A stretch of 24,720 bases of DNA from Fibrobacterales bacterium (lineage in GTDB: Bacteria; Fibrobacterota; Fibrobacteria; Fibrobacterales; JAOPTW01). The stretch spans positions 1 through 24,720 of the forward strand of contig JAOPTW010000021.1 in NCBI GenBank assembly GCA_051532035.1, written 5' to 3'. Below are positions 1 to 8,843 of the stretch, piece by piece (position 1 is the stretch's first letter; the number at the start of each line of letters is the position of its first letter). The position numbers and the translations under genes were made by a program. The notes under the pieces were generated by a model, which saw only the letters and a program-made list of their open reading frames with translations, made no database searches and was not told where the DNA came from.

Positions 1-2
1 CG

Positions 3-437
3 ATAATTGAACTCATTGATGAGATGCTTGAAGCAAACGTAGAACTTGTAGTTTGTGAACGCATTCATCAACTTAATAAATTTTTAGCAATAGCCGAAGA
101 GTCTGAATGGGGTACTGAATACCTCGACTTTAAACTCTCTATCAAAATGGTTGATGGAGTTGACGAAGCTATTGATCACATTGAAAAGTATGGATCCGGA
201 CACACTGAAGCGATTATTGCCACAGATGTGCTGGTTCAGGATAAATTTTTAAGTTCAGTTGATAGTTCTTCTATCATGGTTAATGCTTCAACCCGATTTG
301 CCGATGGTGGCGAATATGGTCTTGGCGCAGAAGTCGGAATAAGTACAGACAAATTGCATGCTCGCGGCCCAATGGGTGTAGACAGCCTGACAACATATAA
401 ATGGATTGTTCGTGGAGATGGTCATATCCGAGAATAA
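3..437 (+). CDS. proA: Gamma-glutamyl phosphate reductase, C-terminal part (gene truncated by the window edge)
   Basis: Frame is open from base 3. Motifs [39 protein letters not shown] and LHARGPMG are diagnostic of ProA. Confidence 0.96.
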   Translation: MIELIDEMLEANVELVVCERIHQLNKFLAIAEESEWGTEYLDFKLSIKMVDGVDEAIDHIEKYGSGHTEAIIATDVLVQDKFLSSVDSSSIMVNASTRFADGGEYGLGAEVGISTDKLHARGPMGVDSLTTYKWIVRGDGHIRE

Positions 438-469
438 TCGACCACATATGTGGTTGTACAGCGCTGGTT

Positions 470-516
470 AAAGGACACTTGGTGTATCTATCATGATATA
501 CCGCCTTTCCTTTTTT
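470..516 (+). terminator. Possible intrinsic terminator after proA, or first hairpin of the RNase G/E leader
   Basis: Stem GGTGTATC (481-488)/GATATACC (495-502) with one G-U pair, outer AAAGG/CCTTT arms, followed by CCTTTTTT. Confidence 0.4.
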
Positions 517-575
517 CAGATTACAATTTTTTTACCCTCCTTATTGGATAAGTAGGGTTAATAGGATTATACTAT

Positions 576-2114
576 ATGCAAAAAGCAAAACGCGAAATAT
601 TAATCAGTTCAACTCCTTATGACAAACGTATCGCTATTGTCGAAAATGGACAACTTTCTGAGATTGTATCAGAAAACCTCGAAACAGAGCGTGTCCTCGG
701 CAATATCTACAAAGGTGTTGTTCAAAAGGTTCTTCCTGGGCTCCAGGCGGCATTTGTAGAACTCGGCCTCGAAAAAGCTGGATTTCTTCATGTGGATGAT
801 GTTATTGATCGCAACGTATTTCTTCAAGAACAATACGGCGATGATGATGACGAAAAAGTAAAGAATGTAAAACCAACTATTGATAAGCTTCTTAAATCTG
901 GACAAGAGATTATTGTTCAAATTACCAAAGAGCCAATCTCAACGAAAGGCGCTCGCCTCACAACCCACCTTACTTTTCCTGATCGTTTTTTAGTCTGTAT
1001 GCCAGGTACAAATTTTATTGGTGTTTCTAAAAAAGAGCGGGATTACGCAAGCCGTAGAGACCTCAAAAAGTTTATTCGATCTATTAAGTCTCGCAATGTG
1101 GGCTATATTGTTCGCACTAATGGCCTAGGCGCTAATGAAAAAGAGCTTGAAGCACAAATGAAGACTCTTGAAGGCAAATGGGATACGTGTCAAAAAAATA
1201 TTGAAGAGGGTGTAGCTCCATGTGTTGCACTTGAGGAGTCAAACTCTGCAGAGACTACTCTCAGAGACTACTTTTCTGAAAGTACTGACTATGTTTATAT
1301 CGACAATAAAGACGAGTATAATCGAATGAAGGATTACCTCACCGAGCTCTCTCCTGATAAAGCAAAAAAAGTGAAACTTTGGAGTTCAAGTGATTCACTC
1401 TTTGAAACCTTTGGAATCGAAGAAGAATACGAAAGAACACTGCATAGCCAGGTTAAACTTAAAAGAGGTGGCTATTTAGTTATCGACCAGACTGAAGCTC
1501 TTGTTGCTATTGACATCAATACGGGACCCAAAGTACACGGTAAAGATCAGGCAAAAAACATACTTGAGACTAATATTGATGCAGCTCGTGAGATCTGTAA
1601 ACAAATGCGGCTCAGAGATATGGGTGGCCTTATTGTTATCGACTTTATTGATATGGATTCTGAAGAGAACCAAGAAAAAGTTGTTTCTGAGTTCAAAAAA
1701 GCGATTCGTAAAGATAGCGCTCCAGTGAGCTTCTCGGCACTCTCACAATTTGGTCTTATGGAAGTGACTCGTAAAAGAGTTCGAGCAAACATTTTGACTG
1801 AAAAAACTGACACCTGTCCTTGTTGTGATGGAGATGGCTTTATCTATACCGAAGAGACTCTTCTCTCAAATATTGACCGTTGGTTGGCGCGCTGTCAAAC
1901 AGCGAGTAAGTACAAAGAGGTTTCTCTCGTAGTATCGACTGAGATGGTTGATGTTCTTATGGATAATAGAGCATTCTACTTTCACTACCTCGATGATAAA
2001 TACTCAATGAAACTTGAGTTAGTTGAGAATGAAGATGCCTATATTAATGAATTTTGGATACTCAACACCAAGAATGGTGAAGACATCACTGAGATTTACG
2101 AATATTCAAAATAA
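576..2114 (+). CDS. rng: Ribonuclease E/G family endoribonuclease (RNase G-sized, 512 aa)
   Basis: S1 domain GNIYKGVVQKVLPGLQAAFV; KEPISTKGARLT; catalytic IDINTG and GGLIVIDFIDM; Zn-link CPCCDGDG. No long degradosome scaffold tail. AGGA RBS upstream. Confidence 0.92.
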   Translation: MQKAKREILISSTPYDKRIAIVENGQLSEIVSENLETERVLGNIYKGVVQKVLPGLQAAFVELGLEKAGFLHVDDVIDRNVFLQEQYGDDDDEKVKNVKPTIDKLLKSGQEIIVQITKEPISTKGARLTTHLTFPDRFLVCMPGTNFIGVSKKERDYASRRDLKKFIRSIKSRNVGYIVRTNGLGANEKELEAQMKTLEGKWDTCQKNIEEGVAPCVALEESNSAETTLRDYFSESTDYVYIDNKDEYNRMKDYLTELSPDKAKKVKLWSSSDSLFETFGIEEEYERTLHSQVKLKRGGYLVIDQTEALVAIDINTGPKVHGKDQAKNILETNIDAAREICKQMRLRDMGGLIVIDFIDMDSEENQEKVVSEFKKAIRKDSAPVSFSALSQFGLMEVTRKRVRANILTEKTDTCPCCDGDGFIYTEETLLSNIDRWLARCQTASKYKEVSLVVSTEMVDVLMDNRAFYFHYLDDKYSMKLELVENEDAYINEFWILNTKNGEDITEIYEYSK

Positions 2115-2197
2115 TTGTTGTATTGTAAATATTCATCTTTTACCCTAATTTTTGCACTTAGGTAAAACTTTAGGGTTTCAAAAGAATTATTTATTAG

Positions 2198-2205
2198 TAT
2201 ATTTG
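2198..2205 (+). promoter_or_regulatory. Putative housekeeping -10/-7 promoter element TATATTTG for the tRNA-tig transcript
   Basis: TATATTTG ends 12 nt before the tRNA 5' end. Similar octamers precede several other genes in the window. Confidence 0.5.
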
Positions 2206-2217
2206 CATGCACCTAAT

Positions 2218-2299
2218 GCGAGGGTGGCGGAATTGGCAGACGCACCAGACTTAGGATCTGGCGCCTTCGGGTGTGGGGGTTCGACTCCCCCCCTTCGCA
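2218..2299 (+). tRNA. tRNA-Leu (anticodon TAG), CCA not encoded
   Basis: Acceptor stem GCGAGGG/CCTTCGC; D arm GCGGAATTGGCAGACGC; anticodon arm CCAGA-CTTAGGA-TCTGG; long variable arm CGCC-TTCG-GGTG; T arm GGGGG-TTCGACT-CCCCC; discriminator A followed by TT, not CCA. Confidence 0.97.
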
Positions 2300-2339
2300 T
2301 TTCTTCTAATTTACTCAAACATAATCACAGAGGTTTCCT

Positions 2340-3593
2340 TTGAACGTTACTGTCTCAGATCCAAAATCTACTCAAAAACAACTCGAAATTGAGATTCCAC
2401 AAGAGAACATCAAAGAGTCTTTTGACGCTAAAATCAAAAAATATGGAAAAGAGATCTCCATTAAAGGTTTCCGCAAAGGTAAAGTGCCTAAAAATGTTGT
2501 CGTCGCTCGTTTCGGTCCAAGTATCCGTCAAGAAGCTGTTGAAGAGACAATCGATGCGATTATCAAAGAAGAGTTCAAAAAAAATAACATCGAGCCTGTA
2601 GCACCTGCAAATCTTCAAAATTTTGAAGATGATGAGAAAGGCCCTATCAAACTTACTGTTATTGTTGACATTGATCCAGAAATCGAGATCACTAAATACG
2701 AGAAGCTTGGTGTTAAAGTTGGTGCAGTAAAAGTTTCCGACAAAGATGTTAAAGAAGATCTCGAGCGTATGCTCAAAAGTATCGCTGAAGAGAAAACAAT
2801 TACTCGCAAAGCGAAAAAAGGTGATGTAGTTATCGGGGATTACCTCGAAGTTAAAATTGGTGAAGAGCCATCTACTATTCCTGAAAAACCAGAATTCCGT
2901 ATCGAAATCGGTTCAAGTCAAACAAAAGAGTTTGATGCAGCTCTCAAAGGTGTAAAAGCTGGTGAAGAGATTGAAGTATCTTTTACCTATCCTAAAGACT
3001 TCTTTCAAGAAGACCTCAGAGAAAAAGCAGCGTATTTCAAACTTAATGTTACTGAAGTAAAAGAACTTACTGTACCTGAACTTGATGACGAAGCTGCGAA
3101 AAAATTTGGTGCTGAGAGTTCTGATGCTCTTACTACACAAACTAAAGAGCGCCTTGAAAAATATAAAGGTGACGAAGCTCGCTACGAAGCTCACAAAAAA
3201 GCAGTTGATAAACTTATTGATTCAAATAAGTTTGAAATTCCTGAGTCACGTATTTATCAATATGCAAAAAATGTTATTAATCAGCAACATCAAGGCCACG
3301 ATCACGAATCAGTTGAACCAACTGAGGAAGAGATTGAACAAAGTCGTGAAAATGCTGAAAGAGATATCAAAAAGTACCGCATTATTGATTATATTTCAAA
3401 ACAAGAAAAAATCAAAGTTAACCAGTCTGATGTTGATGCACGCATCAAAGAAATGGCAGATATGTACGGTATGGACTTTGAGCAAATGAAAGCTTCACTC
3501 CGTTCTTCGGGACATGTTGTGAACATCCGTGAAGAGTTAAAATATGAAAAAACTCTAAACTGGATTGTTGGCATACGCGACGAAGAAGAGTAA
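2340..3593 (+). CDS. tig: Trigger factor (TTG start)
   Basis: Ribosome-binding signature GFRKGKVP, central FKBP-like region, AGAGG RBS before the TTG, and the canonical tRNA-Leu-tig-clpP-clpX synteny. Confidence 0.95.
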   Translation: MNVTVSDPKSTQKQLEIEIPQENIKESFDAKIKKYGKEISIKGFRKGKVPKNVVVARFGPSIRQEAVEETIDAIIKEEFKKNNIEPVAPANLQNFEDDEKGPIKLTVIVDIDPEIEITKYEKLGVKVGAVKVSDKDVKEDLERMLKSIAEEKTITRKAKKGDVVIGDYLEVKIGEEPSTIPEKPEFRIEIGSSQTKEFDAALKGVKAGEEIEVSFTYPKDFFQEDLREKAAYFKLNVTEVKELTVPELDDEAAKKFGAESSDALTTQTKERLEKYKGDEARYEAHKKAVDKLIDSNKFEIPESRIYQYAKNVINQQHQGHDHESVEPTEEEIEQSRENAERDIKKYRIIDYISKQEKIKVNQSDVDARIKEMADMYGMDFEQMKASLRSSGHVVNIREELKYEKTLNWIVGIRDEEE

Positions 3594-3607
3594 AAGGATT
3601 TAAAAAT

Positions 3608-4192
3608 ATGTTAATACCAACGGTCATCGAGAATACAGGTCGCGGTGAGAGAGCTTATGATATATACTCTCGCCTCCTTAAAGAACGAATCATTTTCCTC
3701 GGGACCGGTATTGACGATCAGGTAGCCAATAATATTATGGCTCAGCTCATATTCCTCGAATATGAAGATCCTGAAAAAGATATCACGCTCTATATCAATA
3801 GCCCAGGTGGATATGTTTCATCTGGACTTGCTATTTTTGATACCATGCAACATATTAAACCTGACATACAGACAATCTGTATTGGATCATGTATTAGTAT
3901 GGGTGCAGTACTTCTTGCAAGTGGTACCAAGGGGAAACGTTATGCGCTCCCTAATTCTAGAGTTATGCTTCACCAACCAAGTGGTAGTGCAACTGGTCAA
4001 TCAACTGACATTCAAATTCATGCAAAAGAGATCATAAAAACGAAAGCGACCCTCAACGGTATTCTTTCTGATGCGTCTGGAAGACCTATTGAAGAGGTTA
4101 AAGACAAGACTGATCGTGACTTTTTTATGAGCGCTGAAGAAGCAATTGAATTCGGTATTATTGACGAGATATTCTATCCCAAAACTAAGTAA
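3608..4192 (+). CDS. clpP: ATP-dependent Clp protease proteolytic subunit
   Basis: [25 protein letters not shown], catalytic Ser (CISMG), His (MLHQP) and Asp (DRDFFM). Confidence 0.98.
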   Translation: MLIPTVIENTGRGERAYDIYSRLLKERIIFLGTGIDDQVANNIMAQLIFLEYEDPEKDITLYINSPGGYVSSGLAIFDTMQHIKPDIQTICIGSCISMGAVLLASGTKGKRYALPNSRVMLHQPSGSATGQSTDIQIHAKEIIKTKATLNGILSDASGRPIEEVKDKTDRDFFMSAEEAIEFGIIDEIFYPKTK

Positions 4193-4212
4193 TTAATTAC
4201 TTATAAGAACTT

Positions 4213-5493
4213 ATGTACCATAGCGGAAAAAATCACCCAAGAGTAAACTGTTCATTTTGTGGCAAATCAGCAGAGCAAGTCGATAAAATTATTACCGGCC
4301 CTCCAGGTATTTGTGTCTGTAACGAATGTGTTACGATGTGCCACAAAATCATTACTGAAGAGATGAAACGTGCAAAGGCTTCTACTGTAGCTGCAGCCTT
4401 TGACCTGCCCTCACCAGCTGAGATCAGAGAGCACCTTGATGAATATGTTATTGGCCAAGTTGATGCAAAGGTAACCCTTGCTGTAGCCGTGTATAATCAT
4501 TATAAAAGAGTGGTTCATAAAAACCTTGATGAATCGGGGCCAACCCTCGAAAAATCAAATATTCTATTCCTCGGACCTACGGGTTCAGGGAAAACCTTAT
4601 TGGCACAGTCCATTGCAAAATTTCTCAATGTTCCTTTTGCCATTGTTGACGCTACCGTTCTCACTGAAGCAGGGTATGTTGGTGAAGATGTCGATAATAT
4701 TATTGTAAAACTCCTTCAAGCAGCAGAGTATGATGTTGAAAAGGCTGAACGCGGAATCATCTTTATTGATGAAGTTGACAAGATATCAAGAAAAAGTGCT
4801 AACCCTTCAATTACTCGAGATGTTTCGGGCGAGGGCGTACAACAAGGGCTTTTAAAGCTTCTTGAAGGTACTACAGCTTCTGTTCCTCCAAAAGGTGGCC
4901 GTAAACACCCTGAGCAAAACCTAGTACAGGTTAACACTAAAAACGTTCTTTTTATCTGTGGTGGTGCATTTGAATCACTCGATAAAGTTATTGCACGTCG
5001 TGTTAAACAATCGGGAATGGGTTTTGGTGCAGATGTACAGAGTAAAAAAGATCACAATATTGGCGAACTTTTTAAGATGGCAGAACCAGAAGACCTCATT
5101 CAGTTTGGTATGATCCCAGAAATAGTTGGCCGTATTCCTATGCTTGTAGGACTCGATGAACTCGATGAAGATGCTCTTCTTCAAATATTAACTGAGCCCA
5201 AAAACGCTCTGGTTAAACAGTACAAAAAGCTTTTTGAAATCGACAATGTGAAACTCACTTTTGACGATACCGCTCTTAAAGCGATTGTTGCCAAAACTAT
5301 GTCACGTAAAACTGGTGCACGAGGCCTTCGTTCAATTATAGAAGCATCACTTCTCAAAACGATGTATGAGATACCTACTCAGAAATCTATTCAAGAGTGT
5401 GTAATAACCGAATCGGTTATTACAGATGGTGCAAAACCTGAATATATCTATAAGTCAAACAAAAAAGATCTCGATAGTAAAATTGCCTCATAA
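4213..5493 (+). CDS. clpX: ATP-dependent Clp protease ATP-binding subunit ClpX
   Basis: Zn-binding CSFC...CNEC, Walker [19 protein letters not shown], Walker [13 protein letters not shown] loop, MGFG (IGF-like) loop, TGARGLR. Confidence 0.98.
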   Translation: MYHSGKNHPRVNCSFCGKSAEQVDKIITGPPGICVCNECVTMCHKIITEEMKRAKASTVAAAFDLPSPAEIREHLDEYVIGQVDAKVTLAVAVYNHYKRVVHKNLDESGPTLEKSNILFLGPTGSGKTLLAQSIAKFLNVPFAIVDATVLTEAGYVGEDVDNIIVKLLQAAEYDVEKAERGIIFIDEVDKISRKSANPSITRDVSGEGVQQGLLKLLEGTTASVPPKGGRKHPEQNLVQVNTKNVLFICGGAFESLDKVIARRVKQSGMGFGADVQSKKDHNIGELFKMAEPEDLIQFGMIPEIVGRIPMLVGLDELDEDALLQILTEPKNALVKQYKKLFEIDNVKLTFDDTALKAIVAKTMSRKTGARGLRSIIEASLLKTMYEIPTQKSIQECVITESVITDGAKPEYIYKSNKKDLDSKIAS

Positions 5494-5552
5494 GGGAATT
5501 TTACTTCACTTTTTTGATCATTTATTAGTCATTTTCTTGCTCTCAAATATGA

Positions 5553-5579
5553 CTAAATTACCCCTTAAAGGTAATTTAG
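5553..5579. promoter_or_regulatory. Perfect 10-bp inverted repeat (operator or hairpin) between clpX and the beta-CASP gene
   Basis: CTAAATTACC-N7-GGTAATTTAG, immediately upstream of a TATATTTA element at 5582-5589. Confidence 0.4.
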
Positions 5580-5660
5580 CGTATATTTAAAGTATAAGGT
5601 GTATACAAAATACCCTTATTGATGAGATTTGTTTCCCTTGCTTTAACGAAAGGATTCTGT

Positions 5661-7058
5661 ATGGAAATTGAAATTTGTGGTGCCGCAAAAACTGTCACCG
5701 GTTCTCAACATATTATCCGCGTCTGTGGCAAAACACTCTTACTTGATTGTGGCCTCTTTCAGGGGCACAAAAAAGAGGCATATGAGATTAATCATACGTT
5801 TCCCTTTGAGCCATCAGAGATTGATGCAGTACTCCTCTCTCATGCACATATGGATCATAGCGGTAATTTGCCAAAATTGATTAAAGACGGCTTTAAAGGT
5901 AAAATTTTTACCACTCCAGCGACTATTGACCTCTGTAAAATCATGCTAAGGGATTCAGCCTACCTGCAACAACTCGAAATAGATTGGATCAACAACATCC
6001 GCAGGAAAAACAGTCAAAAGCCATTACAGGTACTCTACGATGATAAAGATGTAGATATCTGTATTAGTCACTTTGAACCAATTAAGTATGATGTAGAGTT
6101 TGAGATATTTGAGGGTATAAAAGTAACCTACCGGGATGCTGGTCATATTTTAGGTTCCGCAGGAATAGTTATTGAAGCCGATGATAAAGGGACGACCAAA
6201 CGACTTGGGTACTCAGGTGATATTGGAGTGGCAGGTAAGCCTATTCTGAGAGACCCTAATCTACCACGAGCACTCGATGCGCTTATTATGGAGTGTACTT
6301 ATGGTAATCGCCATCACAACCCCTATGAAAATGTTGAAGATGAGCTTGCGGAAACCATTTGCGAAGTGACCTCTAAAGGGGGCAAATTGATCATTCCTGC
6401 ATTTGCCGTTGGAAGAACACAGCTCCTTGTCTATATCATGCACAAATTATATGATCAGGGAAGAATTCCTGATATACCGATTTTTGTGGATAGCCCACTC
6501 GCACGAAAAGCGACGGAAATTTATAGAATGCACCCTCATATCATGGACCGAGAAACTCAGCGAGTCTTTCTGGAAGATGAAGAGGATCCTTTTACTTTTA
6601 ATCGCTTAACCTATGTTGATACCGCAGAAGAGTCAAAGGCGCTCAACAATCTCTCGTACCCGCATGTGGTCATTTCCTCATCAGGCATGGCAGAGGGCGG
6701 GCGAATACTCCATCACCTAAAGAGTGGCCTTACAGACCGTAAAAACATGGTTCTTTTTGTAGGATATGCCGCTAAACACACTCTTGCCCGAAAAATCATG
6801 GATGGTGAGACGTTAGTAAGAATTATGCGTGAAGAGATTCAAGTTAAATGCCAGGTCAAAACCATTGATGGATTTAGTGGTCACGCCGACAGAAAAGCAC
6901 TCATTAATTATGTGAATATGTCTGAGCCCAATAAACTCAAGAATATATTCCTCGTTCATGGTGAACCGGAACAAGCAGAATCTTTTATTGATGCTCTGCG
7001 TAGTCAAGGTTACGAGAATGTAACCTATGCTGACTTAAAAAAGACCTACACCATTTAA
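5661..7058 (+). CDS. MBL-fold beta-CASP ribonuclease (CPSF-73/YSH1-like RNA-processing family)
   Basis: GAAKTVTGS, LLDCG, SHAHMDH (HxHxDH), AGHILGS, ECTYG, PAFAVGR, SGMAEGGRILHH, FSGHAD and VHGE. The ATG at 5661 has an AAGGA RBS and is preferred to 5619. Confidence 0.92.
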   Translation: MEIEICGAAKTVTGSQHIIRVCGKTLLLDCGLFQGHKKEAYEINHTFPFEPSEIDAVLLSHAHMDHSGNLPKLIKDGFKGKIFTTPATIDLCKIMLRDSAYLQQLEIDWINNIRRKNSQKPLQVLYDDKDVDICISHFEPIKYDVEFEIFEGIKVTYRDAGHILGSAGIVIEADDKGTTKRLGYSGDIGVAGKPILRDPNLPRALDALIMECTYGNRHHNPYENVEDELAETICEVTSKGGKLIIPAFAVGRTQLLVYIMHKLYDQGRIPDIPIFVDSPLARKATEIYRMHPHIMDRETQRVFLEDEEDPFTFNRLTYVDTAEESKALNNLSYPHVVISSSGMAEGGRILHHLKSGLTDRKNMVLFVGYAAKHTLARKIMDGETLVRIMREEIQVKCQVKTIDGFSGHADRKALINYVNMSEPNKLKNIFLVHGEPEQAESFIDALRSQGYENVTYADLKKTYTI

Positions 7059-7066
7059 ATACTATT

Positions 7067-7095
7067 ACAGAGAGCAATAGCCCATTGCTCTCTGT
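7067..7095. terminator. Hairpin terminator between the convergent beta-CASP RNase and carbonic anhydrase genes (probably bidirectional)
   Basis: Perfect 12-bp stem ACAGAGAGCAAT / ATTGCTCTCTGT with a 5-nt loop, lying between two converging stop codons. Confidence 0.8.
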
Positions 7096-7107
7096 TTAGG
7101 TCTCTTC

Positions 7108-7743
7108 TTATGATTGGTATCGATACACTTCATCAAGATGTTCACTTGAATTTACTGATATCTCAAGATCTTTAATAATACCATTTTCAAGACTATAGAC
7201 CCAACCATGAATATAAGGGTATTCACCTGAAATCCACTCTTCTTGTATAGCCGAAACCATCGAGAGATTATTTACTTGTTCAGAAATATTGAGTTCTACA
7301 AATCTTTTGTGGCGTTCATCTGAATCTGAAATGGAATCGAGCTCTTTTTTATGTAACCGATATACATCTTTGATATGCACCAACCAGTTATCGAGAAAAC
7401 CAAACTTCTCATTACCCATAGCGGCCTGTACTCCACCACACCCATAGTGGCCACACACAATAATATGCTTCACTTTCAGTACTTTTACAGCATAATTAAC
7501 CACGCTTAGAAGATTAGAGTCAGTGTGAACAACCATATTCGCAATATTACGATGTACAAAAATTGAACCGGGATGTTTATTGGTAATCTCTGTAGCGGGT
7601 ACTCGACTATCTGAGCATCCTATCCATAAGTATTCAGGAGATTGGCCATCTTTTAATGAATCAAAGAAATTAGGATCAGCTTGACTCATTGTTTCGACCC
7701 ACTCTTTGTTTCCAGCTAATAGACCTTTAATTGATTCAGACAT
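7108..7743 (-). CDS. can: Beta-class carbonic anhydrase (Can/YadF type)
   Basis: Zn ligands in WIGCSDSRVP and VCGHYGCGG, plus FVHRNIAN and HGWVY. Strong GGAGGAG RBS. Confidence 0.95.
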   Translation of the reverse strand: MSESIKGLLAGNKEWVETMSQADPNFFDSLKDGQSPEYLWIGCSDSRVPATEITNKHPGSIFVHRNIANMVVHTDSNLLSVVNYAVKVLKVKHIIVCGHYGCGGVQAAMGNEKFGFLDNWLVHIKDVYRLHKKELDSISDSDERHKRFVELNISEQVNNLSMVSAIQEEWISGEYPYIHGWVYSLENGIIKDLEISVNSSEHLDEVYRYQS

Positions 7744-7805
7744 AGTACTCCTCCATTTAACCGGAGTAAAATGTATGTTTTCAACCTAAATTTGGGTAGT
7801 TTTTC

Positions 7806-8306
7806 TTATGATAATTGCCCACCTCGATTCACATAGTGCAATAGAGTATTATCTGCCTTACTGAGACGTCTACAGGCTTCCCGAGCTATATTAAGCGTTA
7901 TGTAGCCAAAGAGTTTCGGGTCTTCATGAAAAAAGGTCATAAGAGCCTTTCTGGTAAGTACCAAAAGTTCGACATTTCCATGGGCAATGGCCGTTGCACT
8001 GTGGGCTTGAATTCCAATTGCCGAGGTTTCACCGAGGCAATTACCGACACTAAAGTCAGCAATCACCAATGGATTATGCGGGTAATTTAATACTACTTTA
8101 ACACTCCCTTCAAGAATGATATATATCTCGGAAGGAGAGCCCCCCTCCTCAAATATTATCTCCCCATCTACATAGGTTACCCGCTCTAACGTTTTGAATA
8201 CCATAGCAAGGTGGGTATCACTCAGCCCCCCAAAAAGGGATATTTTATTAAGAATTGCCAAAACTCGATCGATATCAGTAAAGGGAATGGGTATATGAGT
8301 GTTCAT
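7806..8306 (-). CDS. Stand-alone cyclic-nucleotide-binding (Crp-type cNMP) domain protein, no HTH
   Basis: LFGGL...GEIIFEEG...IYIILEGSVKV...G-E...HSATA pattern followed by a C-helix, too short for a DNA-binding domain. The ATG at 8306 has a GGAGGT RBS (the ORF track starts at 8318). Confidence 0.85.
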   Translation of the reverse strand: MNTHIPIPFTDIDRVLAILNKISLFGGLSDTHLAMVFKTLERVTYVDGEIIFEEGGSPSEIYIILEGSVKVVLNYPHNPLVIADFSVGNCLGETSAIGIQAHSATAIAHGNVELLVLTRKALMTFFHEDPKLFGYITLNIAREACRRLSKADNTLLHYVNRGGQLS

Positions 8307-8469
8307 ATCTACCTCCATAGTCTCTTTAGTATACTGAAAAAAAACAAATTGAGCCAGAAATCAAGGAGTGCAACTTCGTATTGCTCAGATACAACTCTGA
8401 TTTTTTAGCATTTTGATAATCCTTAATTCCTGTAAGAACGTATATTTCAGGTATCACAGGGAGAAGATC

Positions 8470-8808
8470 ATGAAAGTTGTTAAAGTATATGAATCGGAAA
8501 GCTTTACCGAAGCTCAAAAAGAGTCCGTTTCCACCTTTTTAGCCCAGGCAAAAGCCCTTGATCCACTCTCAATTTTACCAGCCCGTTATTCTATTGAAGG
8601 CCACCCAAATTTAGTACAGCAAGATGATGCCGTTCGTGTTATGGTGGAGGCTCAGGGAGTAGCAGCCCTTCCCATTACCTGTGTTAATGATGCAGTAATC
8701 GGTATTGGCACACTGCCCAACCTCGATCAAGTACGACGCTATATTGATAACGCATCGACTGCAAGTCAGATTGATGATTGTTGTGGTAGTGGTTGTTGTA
8801 GTACCTAA
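8470..8808 (+). CDS. ArsD-family arsenic metallochaperone-like protein, atypical
   Basis: RYSIEGHPNLVQQDDAVRVMVEAQGVAALPITCVNDAVIGIGTLP parallels the ArsD core as I recall it (RFNLAQQP..FVQN..V...IEASG.EGLP....DGE....GRYP). C-terminal CCGSGCC. The ATG at 8470 has an AGGGAG RBS. Confidence 0.72.
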   Translation: MKVVKVYESESFTEAQKESVSTFLAQAKALDPLSILPARYSIEGHPNLVQQDDAVRVMVEAQGVAALPITCVNDAVIGIGTLPNLDQVRRYIDNASTASQIDDCCGSGCCST

Positions 8809-8843
8809 TAAGAGGTGTGACCTTGTTCGAATACCACTCGATA

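Noticed and set aside
2218..2340. tRNA as an integration site for a genomic island
   Set aside because: tig follows within 40 bp, there is no integrase, and I found no duplicated tRNA 3' end in the window.
2152..2343. 63-aa ORF
   Set aside because: It runs through the tRNA-Leu gene and is a chance frame.
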